Source: Octopus sinensis (taxonomy: Eukaryota). From it: DNA of 22,660 nucleotides. The stretch lies in contig NW_021823987.1 of NCBI RefSeq assembly GCF_006345805.1, forward strand, positions 1 to 22,660, read 5' to 3'. The number at the start of each line of letters is the position of its first letter. Position 1 is the first letter of the stretch. Below, one piece after another: positions 8,415 through 20,179 of this stretch. The notes beneath the pieces were generated by a model. It was not told the DNA's origin and did no database searches. It saw only the letters and a program-made list of their open reading frames with translations. Made by a program: the position numbers and the translations under genes.

Positions 8415-9310
8415 AGGCAGGGAACTGTGGCAGAAACGTTGGCACGCTGGGTAAAGTGTTTAGCGGCATTTCGCCCGCCTTTACGTCCTGAGTTCAAATG
8501 CCTCGGTGGTTAGCTTTCAGGGCCGATGAAATAAGTACAAGTTGAACATTGGGGACACTGTAATCGACTTACTTACGTACCCGCGAAATTGTCGGCCTTG
8601 GGTCAAAGTCTGAAACTGATATTAGTAATTTTAAATACAAAGGTATGGAGCTGGCAGAATTATTAGGGCGTCGGCAAGGTGCGCTAATAGAAAGGCCGCG
8701 AGCTGGCAGAAACGTCAGCACGCCGGGCGAAATGCTTAGCGGTGTTTCGTCTGCCGTTACGTTCTGAGTTCAAATTCCGCCGAGGTCAACTTTGCCTTTC
8801 ATCCTTTCGGGGTCGATTAAATAAGTACCAGTTACGCACTGGGGTCGATATAATCGACTTAATCCGTTTGTCTGTCCTTGTTTGTTCCCTCTGTGTTTAG
8901 CCCCATGTGGGTAGTAAAGAAATAGGTACTTTGTCTGTCTTTACGTACTAAGTTCGAATTCTACAGAGGTCGACTTTGCCTTTCATCCTTTCGGGGTCGA
9001 TAAATTAAGTATCAATTACGCACTGTGGTCGATGTAATCGACTTAATCCTTTTGCTTGTCCTTGTTTGTCCCCTCTGTGTTTAGCCCCTTGTGGGCAATA
9101 AAGAAATTGTAGGAAATAAAGAATTATTAGCGCTTCGGAGAAAATGTTAAGAGGGATTTCTTCCGGCTGTTTAGGTTCTGAGTTCAAATCCTACGGAGGT
9201 CAGATTTGCCTTTAACCCTTTTGTGATCGATACAAAAAAGGTAGCAATCAATTACTGGGGTCGGTGTAATCGATTGAACTCTCTCCCCTTAACTTTGTGG
9301 TCTCGTGGCT
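8415..9310 (+). mobile_element. Cluster of family 1 SINEs: diverged 8415-8630, young 8695-8927 joined to 8928-9107, diverged 9120-9310
   Basis: A-box-like GCTGGCAGAAACG, B-box GAGTTCAAATTCC, core GGTCGACTTTGCCTTTCATCCTTTCGGGGTCGAT, tail TTAGCCCCTTGTGGG..AAAGAAAT. Confidence 0.9.
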
Positions 9311-9597
9311 CTGTTAGCAAAATTATTAGGATTACGTGTGAAGCTGCGGGGCAAAATCATGTTTTCGATTCCAGGGACGGGTAGTGCATTGTGTTCTTGT
9401 CCACTCAGATGCAAAGTGATCAAAACCTTAAATAATGAGAGGAAGTGCATTGTGACCAGCGATGTGTAACAACATCCGATAGTCTGGTTGATGCAGTGAT
9501 AAGGATTATCTACCATTTCTGAAAAGATGAGGAAGGGGTTGAGGATTATTGCATATCTTATTTCCTTGACTCCTCCACACATCTACACGAACACATC

Positions 9598-9613
9598 ATA
9601 CATGTGTGTGTGT

Positions 9614-9646
<33 letters not shown>

Positions 9647-9833
9647 GAAAATACTCTCACACACATACATGTACACATAGATCTAAGTAAATGCACACAT
9701 GTGTGTGTACGCGCGTGTGTAATTGTGTAGAGAGGGAGAGATATAAATATAATACAACCACACATAAACATATATTTATACATACATAAATGCATGTGTA
9801 TAAAATATAAATTACACTTGATACGTACATGTG

Positions 9834-9881
<48 letters not shown>

Positions 9882-10108
9882 CACATATAAACATGCGTGT
9901 GTATGTGTGTATAAAGAGAGAGAGGGGGAGAGAGACAGAAATATATGTAAATATCTACACTACAAACGTTTTATGAATCACTGCCCCAGTGTGGGCGCCG
10001 TAGAGTTGCTGAAATAGGTTTATGTGTATGTACTTATACACAGATACATGCACTCACACACACATACACACACATGCATTTTAAATACATTGTATAACAT
10101 ATGTATAT

Positions 10109-10144
<36 letters not shown>

Positions 10145-10212
10145 ATAATATTATATATATATATATATCGTACATAGACACCACACACGCACACACACAT
10201 ACACACACACTA
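9598..10212. repeat. Compound (TA)n/(CA)n/(GA)n microsatellite region
   Basis: Direct inspection. Confidence 0.9.
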
Positions 10213-10269
10213 CGTCAACAGATTCTCCTATCAAAGAATGAAGTCTTACAAATCCATTCTAATGAACTC

Positions 10270-10345
10270 GTCATTTGATTGGTTAATTATTACCTCCATT
10301 TAGCAGGACAGCGCTTTGATATCGATGACGTCACTTCCGTTTTAG
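10270..10345. promoter_or_regulatory. Candidate cis-regulatory island: reverse CCAAT box plus overlapping CRE/ETS composite site
   Basis: GATTGG at 10277-10282; TGACGTCACTTCCG at 10326-10339 (perfect CRE overlapping ETS CGGAAGT on the minus strand); DRE-like TATCGAT at 10320-10326. Confidence 0.45.
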
Positions 10346-10419
10346 TATCGTTGATCTTTCGAAATTACTCATGCTTAATAGCGCAGAGCTTGCTTCAATC
10401 GGCGCGTGCCAGTATGCGT

Positions 10420-10451
10420 ACGTGCGTGTGTGTATGTGTGTGTGTGTGTGT

Positions 10452-10495
<44 letters not shown>

Positions 10496-10775
10496 GACGG
10501 GGTGTTTACTGTTTTTGTTTGAGCGACTGAAAGTGTGGAGTGTGGGTGTTATGTTTGCACTTTGTTTTAGGTGTGTTTGTGTGTGTGTCTATGTGTGTAA
10601 GTGTGTTATGTGAATACACACCCACATACATACGAATATATACGAGCACACATATATATATATACATATATATGTACACACACACACACACACACATATA
10701 TGTATACGTTCACAGACATACGCACATTTCCTAATATAACTATACATATACATATATATATTTATATTTGTTATA

Positions 10776-10822
<47 letters not shown>

Positions 10823-11260
10823 CATATATATACAGACATACATACACATATATAAACATATATATGTAGGCATATATACACACATAGATGTATATCTATG
10901 CATGTATATTTATGCATATATATATATATATATTTATATATATACATATAAACTGATATATAGATATATATATGTACATATGTGCGTGTATCTGTGTTTG
11001 TGTGTGTGTGTATGCGTGTTTGTGTGTATGTATGTGCGTGTTTGTGTGTGTGTGTGTGTGTATTTGTGTGTGTGTGTGTGTAGTCGGGGAAAAATCCATA
11101 TTTCATTGATGACTAATTAGACGAACCTACAAAGAAACGCCCACATACTCCCACAGATATACTCATAGAGGCACCTAGGTATACATACAGATACAGCTTC
11201 TTACACGTACGCACACTTACACAGACACCCACACACACACACACACGTGATACATATATT
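10420..11260. repeat. Long compound (TG)n/(TA)n/(CA)n microsatellite region
   Basis: Direct inspection. Confidence 0.9.
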
Positions 11261-11538
11261 ATCTTGTTTGTTTTTATGTCATGTCATATATGAAAACAAC
11301 TTAACATTACACTTTTAAGAGTTAGTCAATATTTTTTTAGTATAGTAATAGTATACCAGGGGCAATTGTGACTTCGAAGTATCGACCTGGTATTCTTCTT
11401 CAGAGAGTCCGAATATGACTCTCAATTCCATACACACATATACATACATACATCGATACTTACATACATACATACATACAGACAGACAGACGTAAATACA
11501 TAGATATATATACACACATGCACATATACATACATATA

Positions 11539-11606
11539 GACTAATCCGTTTGTCTGTCCTTGTTTGTCCCGTCTATGTTTAACCCCTTGTGGGTAATAAA
11601 GAAATA
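11539..11606 (+). mobile_element. Family 1 SINE 3' tail fragment
   Basis: AATCCGTTTGTCTGTCCTTGTTTGTCCC..CCCCTTGTGGGTAATAAAGAAATA matches 8861-8925. Confidence 0.85.
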
Positions 11607-11735
11607 CATACATATAGACACGTAACAAAATGTTGGAGCTCAGTAATAGATTTGTCACTCCTCTCCTGTATCAAATGTAATTCAACGAGGGACATCAAAC
11701 CACGGGATGGGCAAGCGGGCGAAATACGAGCCACG

Positions 11736-11772
<37 letters not shown>

Positions 11773-12414
11773 TAATATATAACATTATACATATGTGCGT
11801 AAATACACACACACACACACACACAAACATATACATATAGGCACACGAGTGGGTGGAGAAACGATAGTAAGTCGTACTTAACGCATGTAGTAGTTATTAC
11901 ATTCATTACGATTTAAAAACTGTTTTGTTCGGCTCATGCGACTTAAAATTTCGCAGGCTTGTTACTAGAACCTAACTCGATCACTTGTGCCCAACGGTCA
12001 AGGTTTCTGCGAGGAGCCTAGAAAACTTTTAGTCTCATGAAACTGAATCAAACTGTATAATGACACATACATACATACATACATACATACATACATACAT
12101 ACACATACATACATATGTGTGTGACCAGGTTGCGGTTTCAAAGCGACGAAAATATTTTCGTAAATTAAATTTAAATGTTGAAGTGATTCTAACAGTGTTT
12201 GTGTGTATTTTAAATGACTTATAAACACCTTCCCCGCTGCAATTGTTTTTGCTTCAGCACACGATCTCAGATCAGGTCACTTGCTATGCGAGTACATCTC
12301 CGTAATATATATATATATATATATACATACACATATACATACACATATACACACGCATACTCATACGCGCGCACTCACACACGCACATATAAATATATAT
12401 ACATATATACCTTT

Positions 12415-12605
12415 AACTCTTTCAGTCATTAGACTGCGGTCATTCTGGGGCACCACCTTCTATGCAGTACTTAGAGTTCAACAGTGTTTATAACACTAGC
12501 CTTACTCAGCTGTAGTTTTCTTTAAAACACTACTTGTTTTAAACCCGCTATTTATTCTATCGTTCTCTTGTGCCGGACCGCTATGTTACAGGGATGCAAG
12601 CAAGC
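12415..12605 (-). mobile_element. Family 2 SINE 3' tail, diverged
   Basis: TTCAGTCATTAGACTGCGGTCAT.CTGGGGCACCACC..TTATTCTATCG..GCCGGACCGCTA matches 12850-12970 and 1135-1260. Confidence 0.75.
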
Positions 12606-12819
12606 GCGCGCACACACACACATCGGGAGTACAGATGTACAAATAGAAATGCAAAAACAACGAAATAATAAATTGAAAGTTTAGTAATTGCGTTTATTTC
12701 CACCACGCAACACTTATGAGATCAACGGGTTGTCTATAGAAAGAGTTCTCTTTGGTACAAGTAAATGCCGATGGAATCATTTCAAACCTTTCCGATTTCC
12801 CTTATCAAAACGACTAGAA

Positions 12820-13740
12820 CTTACTCTTTACTCTTTTACTCTTTTACTTGTTTCAGTCATTTGACTGTGGCCATGCTGGAGCACCGCCTTTAGTCGATCG
12901 AACAAATCGATCCCAGGACTTATTCTTTGTTAGCCTAGTACTTATTCTATCGTTAAGTTACGGGAACGTAAACACACCAGCATCACTTGTCAAACGATGT
13001 TGGGGGGATGGGACAAACACAGACACACAAACATACACACACATACACACACATATATATCCTCTTCCTCCCATCCTCCTTAATCCCTTCTTTCTCCTTT
13101 TCTCTTGGTCACTGATTCTGTCCCCTGCCTTCCACCCTCTTTGATTCCCTCTCTCTCTGTCTCTCTTCTCTCTCTCCTGCGACCTGCTGCTTCTTAAACC
13201 ATTCTGTTGCCTTCGTATCTCGACCAACATGTGTCCCGCTACCGAAACGGTAATTATTTCTACGCCAGCTATGTTGTTGTTGTTGTTTTTGTCTCATTTG
13301 GTCTAAAGTCGTATGACAACCACCGTTATATATATTTTGTTTATTCATTACTGTTTTCAATTTCGTTTTCGTCTCTTGTATTCACATCCGTCTTGTGCGT
13401 TTCACATTCCTGTCTTCTACCAAGAAATCTAATGCTTACAGCTTAGTTTTTTTTCTTGGGCTGGCCGAGTTGGAGCAAATATCAGAATTGAACAGCCGAA
13501 ATTTGCTATGATGATTCGGTGTCTGACTGAAGATTGAAGGCTTCGAATGATTTGTCTGTGTTCCGTGTTCGTCCCTTCCTGTATTTCACGTTCATTATAT
13601 ATAAAAACATTCATTCTTCACAAAGCTTTGGTCGACCCGAGGCTATAGTAGAAGACACTTGCCCAAGGTGCCACGCAGTGGGACTAAACCCGGAACCATG
13701 TGGTTGGTGAGCAAGCTACTTACCACACAGCCACTCCTAC
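12820..13740 (-). mobile_element. Family 2 CORE-type SINE (tail 12820-13055, head 13612-13740) interrupted by a family X copy
   Basis: Head: GAGTGGCTGTGTGGTAAG..GGCACCTTGGGCAAGTGTCTTC. Tail ends in (AGTAAAAG)-type repeats at 12820-12850. Confidence 0.85.
13200..13610 (+). mobile_element. Family X repeat, copy C
   Basis: Homologous to 1-412 (minus strand) and 4519-4710. Confidence 0.7.
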
Positions 13741-14595
13741 GATTATGTGCAACAATCTGACATATAAGTTACTGTCACCCGGGAAAGAGGATTTTTTATG
13801 CTCAAGAGAGTGTATTTGATAGAAATTGTTGAAATACATATGTATTTCATATGAGTAGCAAATCGTGGAAGATGATATTCACTGTACTTGGATCTAGTTA
13901 GTTTGAGTCACAAAATGACGTAAAATAATCTGAAAATTTGTCATATCAAACATCCATTTCTTATTCAGGATCTTATTCAGGATTTTGTTTCATTCACAAA
14001 ATCTCCATTTTTTTTAAAAGGAAGTAAAAAATCTGAAAATTGCTTATCTTGATGCCATGAACTACTGGAGAAAAAAATTGACACAATTTTTTTTTTTTTT
14101 TATAATTCATAGTTTTAAAATACACACAATCCGAATCTACTATTCGCTTCTCTTTATAATTTCCAAAATAAATTTTTAACTACTTCAAAATCAAAATTGC
14201 GTAAATATGTCTGCCAGAAACTAGTTAAAAATTAAGGATATAGATTTTTGGGAGCTCTCTTATTATGACTGACTTTTATTCCATTTATCTAATATCTTCA
14301 GAAACTTATGCATATACATGTGTAAAGGCATACAGAAAGATACAAATATATATACACACGCACACATACATTTTTACAGAGTTAGTTTTCTATACATCCT
14401 TGTACATATATAAATATTTCGGTATATCTACACAATTGGGCCCCAAAGATATGCTTCTTCATAACTTTGAGAAAATTAAATATTTCTTTTCTACAAATAT
14501 GCTTTAGATCGTGTAGATTCCGATTAAATTGGAATTCATTGTGAAAACCGTTTGTCTTTAAAGGAGTTTTAGAAAATTCACACCATTAGGCTTTG

Positions 14596-14596
<1 letters not shown>

Positions 14597-14666
<70 letters not shown>
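14597..14666. repeat. Perfect (TG)n microsatellite
   Basis: Direct inspection. Confidence 0.97.
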
Positions 14667-14668
<2 letters not shown>

Positions 14669-15474
14669 AGTGTCTGTTTTTTCTTTAGTTTTTGTTTACT
14701 TATACACATCAACAAATAAAGTACTCTTTGTGTGGTTGTTCAATTTGCTAGAAATAACAGCCAGATATCACTCATACTATCCTCTTGTTAGTATTAAGGA
14801 AAGGGAAAATGTTTACTCCTCTCCATCATTACGACTAAAATTAATATTTTTGATTTTGTTTGGCTCTATGAATTTAGATTTTTTTAATGCTTCCGTCCAT
14901 TGCTTGATACAGAAAATCCTGACCAAAACGGAGAAATTCTAACTTAACAAAAAATATAGAGAGAGAAGGAAAAGTTTCTGTTTCCCAAAGCCAAAAGATG
15001 TGTTTTTAGCTGAGGTGTAATTTTATAATTCAAAATTTAGATTTCAGAACATAAGACTTACCACGTTATCTGGTGTATGGCCACAGTTCAAATGGGTACA
15101 AAACCTAAAATAAATGTGTGTGGTTGGGTCTTTAATAGCCAGGGGTCATTTTAAGTTCAGTCGCAGAAAGGAATTCAAAACGGCAACACACGCGATCATA
15201 CAAACATACCCATACATACGCATACACAAATACATACTAATCAACAACTCTCAAAAGCCAGTTTGATCCAAAATTCTGATCACCATTCTTTATATAATTT
15301 ACACACAAACACACATAAAGACACATTCAGCTTTTCGCTTTTATTCATTACTTTTTTTCTTTTAATCGTCTGTCACTATTCATCCGTTTTTAGTTTTTGT
15401 TTTTGATTTGGGAGTTTCACCTCAGCGACACCAGTTACACATGGTGTCATCAAAGCGGAAAAAGTGTTTTTTAA

Positions 15475-15625
15475 GTTTTTGAAAAGACGTTTTTTTTTTT
15501 TAAACTGACTGTCGCAGACGTGTAATTTCAAATGAAACTTACCATAGTTGAGGGTCTTCCAGCGGAATGAAAATATGCTGTCTTCGAAACAGGTGTCGAG
15601 AGTAAAGGAATTTTGTTAACATCTT
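15475..15625 (+). ncRNA. Degenerate relic related to the 5761-5860 hammerhead-like motif
   Basis: GTCTTC-GAAAC-AGGT-GTC-GAGAGTAAAGGAATTTTGTTAAC (15580-15620) parallels ATCTTT-GAAAC-ATGT-GTC-GGAAGTAAAAGAATTTGAATAAC. The CUGANGA half is eroded (TTGAAAAGAC near 15480). Confidence 0.4.
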
Positions 15626-15644
15626 CGTTCGACCCCATTCTTCA

Positions 15645-15693
<49 letters not shown>

Positions 15694-15716
15694 ATATATA
15701 TATATAAATTACACAA

Positions 15717-15873
15717 CGAGCTTTTCAGTTTCCGTCTACCAAATCCACTCACAAGGCTTTAGTCGGCCCGAGGATTAGTTGAAGAACGCTTGCCCAAGAT
15801 GTCATGCAGTGGGACTGAACCCGGAATCATATGGTTAGGAAACAAGCTTCTTATCACAGCCACGCTTGCGCCT
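15717..15873 (-). mobile_element. Family 2 CORE-type SINE head, followed by (TA)n at 15647-15706
   Basis: Matches the reverse complement of 22496-22660. Confidence 0.88.
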
Positions 15874-15999
15874 GATAAAATTGTTGATAAAATTTATATG
15901 CCACAAATTGGTTATACTTCCTTCCACAATACACGAGATATTTTAAGTTTTTTTTCTATAATATTATTTAATTATAATAATTATAATAATATTTAATTA

Positions 16000-16373
16000 T
16001 TATTTCTACTCTAGGCACAAGGCCTTGAAAATTACATCGACCTCAGTGAATAACTGGTACTTATTTCCTCGTCCCCGAGAGGATCAAAGGCAAAGTCGAC
16101 CTCGGCATAATTTGAAATCAGAACTTAGCGGTAGACGAAATACTTATTTCTTTACTACCCATAAGGGGCTAAACACAGAAGTGACAAACAAGGACAGACA
16201 AACGGATTAAGTCGATTAAATCGACCCCAGTGCGTAACTGGTACTTAATTTATCGACCCCAAAAGGATGAAAGGCAAAGTCAACCTCGGCGGAATTTGAA
16301 CTCAGAACGTAACGGCAGACGAAATACGGCTATGCATTTCGCCCGGCTTGCTAACGTTTCTGCCAGCTCGCCG
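16000..16373 (-). mobile_element. Family 1 SINE, two head-to-tail units
   Basis: Head GGCGAGCTGGCAGAAACGTTAGC at about 16350-16372; junction AAAGAAATAAGTATTTCGTC near 16135-16153; alternative tail GGCCTTGTGCCTAGAGTAGAAA near 16003-16024. Confidence 0.9.
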
Positions 16374-17517
16374 ATTTTTAAAATAATATTTAACTATAAA
16401 AATGCAATAGGCTTGTTTTACAAAGTATAGTTCACAGGTGATCTAAACAATTAGGTATGCTAGGTAAGTGCTAGTGAAAGGCAACGGAGATCCAGTAAAC
16501 TAAAATAGGAACCAAAGGACCTATAGGCAAAAAATTGTTACAAACCGCATGTGTAAACCTTTATCGGCCCTGACAGAGCCTACTTATGATTTAAAAGGGT
16601 CTGTGACCATCTTGCAGATGGTGTTGAAAGTTTCGTAAAAATAAAAGTATTTTCGATAAATACAATTATTTTTTGAAATCTTCACTTGACTAGTTGAGTG
16701 TGATAAACGTAAAACTCCTTAAAGTTATTAATCATCGCTTCGATTTTCATATCAATAACCATCAATATCAATCATTCTGCTGGAAATTTATAGAACCATG
16801 TAATGCGTGTGTGGCGAGAAGATAAAGCAGAAATTTAAAAGAAATAAGGTTGGACGTGTTAGAAGATGCAAAGGTAATGTGCAGATGTATTGATCCTTTT
16901 ACTGCGGAAATCAGATATATCCGTTCAAAATTTCTTTACTCTTAACTGCGGAAAGCAATTCTATATACCAACCTATCTTTCGTTGAATGTCATGTTTAAA
17001 ACTGATTTTTGTTCAGATATAGCGAATTTGTTGAGGCAACGTGACTTGCAGGAAATATTAATGATATTTTGAGAGCAGATATTTAACATCATTACTGAAA
17101 TTACCATGTAGTTTAATTTCACAGTTAAAGAGTTAAACAACGAAAGGTTTATTTTTCCTTCGTTCATTTTTTAATAATGTTCACTACTTTTCAACTCATC
17201 GGAAAAATCATCTGCTCTCAACGTTTCGATTCTTAATGTCCTCCTCGTATTTTTGTTTAAGACTACAGGACAAGATTGGAGCGAGGTTAAGTACAATGTT
17301 TCATAGCTCCAGCAACCATGAAGAGGCTCACTCGACACTCGAAGCCACATGTATGTCTGGTCAATGTATATCATTGATAGTAACTAAGCCAGACTCACCA
17401 CAGACAAATTTAAGAACAGGTATACTTAGCAGACACCCACTCGTTTAGATTAATAACTCTATCTACTTTTCCACTGGTTGATATATCCAGTTGTATAGCA
17501 AGGTAGTTTTATACCAA

Positions 17518-17536
17518 CATCATCATCATCATCATC

Positions 17537-17613
<77 letters not shown>

Positions 17614-17637
17614 CATTATTACTATTATTATTATTAC

Positions 17638-17668
<31 letters not shown>

Positions 17669-17670
17669 TA
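17518..17670. repeat. (CAT)n-(TAT)n microsatellite ((TAA)n on the minus strand)
   Basis: Direct inspection; explains the poly-H/poly-Y ORF. Confidence 0.95.
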
Positions 17671-18242
17671 CTTTTAATCTGCATGTTTGTTACAATCACC
17701 TGCTGAGACATACCCAACGTCCTATGGCGAGTGAAGATAAGAGATGTTACAGTATAAGTGAAAGCTTGGGGAGGGGAAGTGGCAGGGGCAGCAGCGAAAT
17801 ATCTTCATGTAATACAACACAGACATTTAAACTGATAGTGTTTTTCTAAGGATGAGGGCAGCACTTGTGAACACAATCTTTTGGATTTCTCTGAGACATG
17901 GTTCTCCTGAGATATTATCTAGATGTTTCTGATATCCCTTTCTTATCATGCCTGCGGCGCTCACAATAACAGGAACAGTTCTCGCTTTAAGATGCCACAT
18001 CTTTTATAATTCAATTTCCAGGTCCTTATATTTACTTAAATTGTCAAATATATTTTTATCGGTGGGAACACTTACATCTCTTAGTCTTCAAGTATTTTTC
18101 CCTGCCTTTAATGACTAAGTCTGGTAATTTAGCCTGGAACGTTCTGTTGGTGCTGACTGGAAAATCCCAGAGGATAGTGACATTTTTATCTTCAGCGACT
18201 GGAGCAATAAGCAGGAGTGCTGATTTTGTAGTGTTTGCATAC
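17670..18242 (-). mobile_element. 5'-truncated R4/Dong-clade non-LTR retrotransposon: disrupted restriction-like endonuclease C-terminus plus 3' UTR
   Basis: Manual translation across frameshifts and a stop: CKHYKI..VTILWDFPVSTNRTFQAKLPDLVIK..DVSVPTDKNI..SKYKDLEIEL*KMWHLKARTVPVIVSAAGMI..EIQKIVFTSAALILRKTLSV* (stop 17827-17829). This is the PD..D..KY pattern typical of R4/Dong elements. Confidence 0.85.
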
Positions 18243-18760
18243 TATTATCATCATTGAGTGAGAGAGCAGCTCATGCTTTCAAAGTGACACTGAGGTAAAA
18301 TATACGAAGCCCAGTATACCCATCATGACTACCTGTTTGATAAGGGTACACTAGGCACATGCATCACAACCATATGTGCACGATATGGGGATCTTATATC
18401 AAGATAAACAGCACATGACCTTGCAGGTGGGGTCCAGTTAGATTTCTCTTCAGGTCGAGTAGCCCATCCCGCTCAAAAGATGCCTGAATAAGGGTTGTTT
18501 AAGGATGTTGAACGAAACACCCATGTTTCCAGAGGTGAATTATTCAAACCCCAAATAATTCCTCTCAACATATGGCTATGATGCTCCTCCACTACTTCTG
18601 CTCGTGATCAGAGATGCACACATCGTCAGTCACTAAGGGACATGCTCAACTGGTTATGGTCTAACAACTGACAAGAAAATCTGTGGTATTGAGCAGAATA
18701 TTTGCTGAAACCCATCTTTCATACTAAGACAAAGCAATGTACATGATAACACATCCAATT
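18243..18760 (-). mobile_element. Interspersed repeat (LINE 3'-end-like, unclassified); second copy at 22147-22493
   Basis: 18483-18760 aligns with 22211-22483 (CCTGAATAAGGGTTGTTT..CAGTCACTAAGGGACATG.TCAACTGGTTATGGTC). The minus-strand end runs into a short AAT/GAT tail. Confidence 0.7.
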
Positions 18761-18774
18761 ATTATCATTATTTA

Positions 18775-19912
18775 AGGCGGCGTGCCGGTAGAATCGTTAG
18801 CGCGATGAACGAGATGTTTAGCAGTATTTCGCCTGTCGCTACTTTCAGAGTTCAAATTCCGCCGAGGTCGACTTTGCCTTTCATCCTTTCGGGTCGATGA
18901 ATTAACTACCAGTGTTACACTAGTGTCGATGTAATCGACTTGCCCCCCTCCTCCAACTTTCAGTCCTTGTGCCTATAGTAGAAAAGATTATTTAAGGTTT
19001 CGAACTGGCAGAATCGTTAGCACGCCGGGCAAAATTCTTAGCGGTATTTTGTCTATCGCTACGTTCTGAGTTCAAATTCCGCCGAGGTCGACTTTGCCTT
19101 TCATTCTTTCGGGGCCAATTAAGTAAGTACCAGTTGAGTACTGGGGTCGATGTAATTGACTTAATCCCTTCCTCAGCATTTCAGACCTTGTCCCTACTGT
19201 CGAAAAGATTATCATTATATGCTGGGTGACGGAATCGTTAGCACGCCGGACAAAATGCTTAGCGACATTTCATCCGTCTTTACATTCTGACTTCAAATTC
19301 TGAAGAGGCCAACTTTGCTTTTCCTCTTCTCGGGGTTGATATAATGAATACCAGTCAAGTACTAGGAGCAATAAAATTGACTAAACCCACTCACCCAAAA
19401 TTTCAGGCTTGTGAGCTGGCAGAATCGTTAGCACACCAGGCAAAATGCTTAGCGAAATTTCGTCTGTCACTATGTTCTGAGTTCAAATTCTGTCGAGGTC
19501 GACTTTGCTTTTCATCTTTTCGGGAGTCAATAAAATAAGTACCAGTTGAGAACTAGTGGCGGGGCGAAATGCGTAGCGGTATTTCGCCTGTCTTTACGTT
19601 CCGAGTTCAAATTCCGCCGAGGTCGACTTTGCCTTTCATCCTTTCGGGGTCGATAAATTAAGTACCAGTTACGCACTGGGGTCGATGTAATCGACTTAAT
19701 CTGTTTGTCTGTCCTTGTTTGTCCTCTCTGTGTTTAGCCCCTTGTGGGTAGTAAAGAAATAGGTACTTCGTCTGCCGCTACGTTCTGATTTCAAATTCCG
19801 CCGAGATCGACTTTTCCTTTCATCCTTTCGGGGTCGATAAATTAAGTACCTGTTAAACGCTGGGGTCGGTGTGATCGACTAGTCCCCACCCCCAAAATTT
19901 CAGGCCTTCTGC
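18775..19912 (+). mobile_element. Tandem array of about six family 1 SINE units of mixed divergence
   Basis: Units start near 18775, 18995, 19222, 19413, 19561 and 19762, each with a TTCAAATTC B-box and a GGTCGACTTTGCCTTTCATC-like core. Confidence 0.92.
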
Positions 19913-20179
19913 TTTTACCTTGGTTTTTCTGCTACTTTTCTCTCAGCTATTCAAAATATTGAACACTGATCAATAATTGTTTACCAGGTCAAAATTTTGA
20001 TGATGAGAGAATAAAAATTCGTTTTCTATAATTAAGAATATCTCCTTTCCGTGATGTCATCAGTATCGATTTGATAATAGCCTACATCGATTTGCGATTT
20101 CCTTATTGATTTTATTTATATCATCAAAGATACGGTATTCGCTTTTTTAATTTTTTTTACACAGGTTAACAGGAATGAT

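Noticed and set aside
12705-12760. CUUAUGA-GAUCAAC-GG-GUUGUC..GAAA possible hammerhead
   Set aside because: Core mismatch, 4-nt insertion before GAAA, and no stem I.
18775-19912. Regularly recurring repeats suggesting a CRISPR array or tRNA cluster
   Set aside because: Units are about 200-bp SINEs without unique spacers; heads lack a full cloverleaf; the context is eukaryotic.
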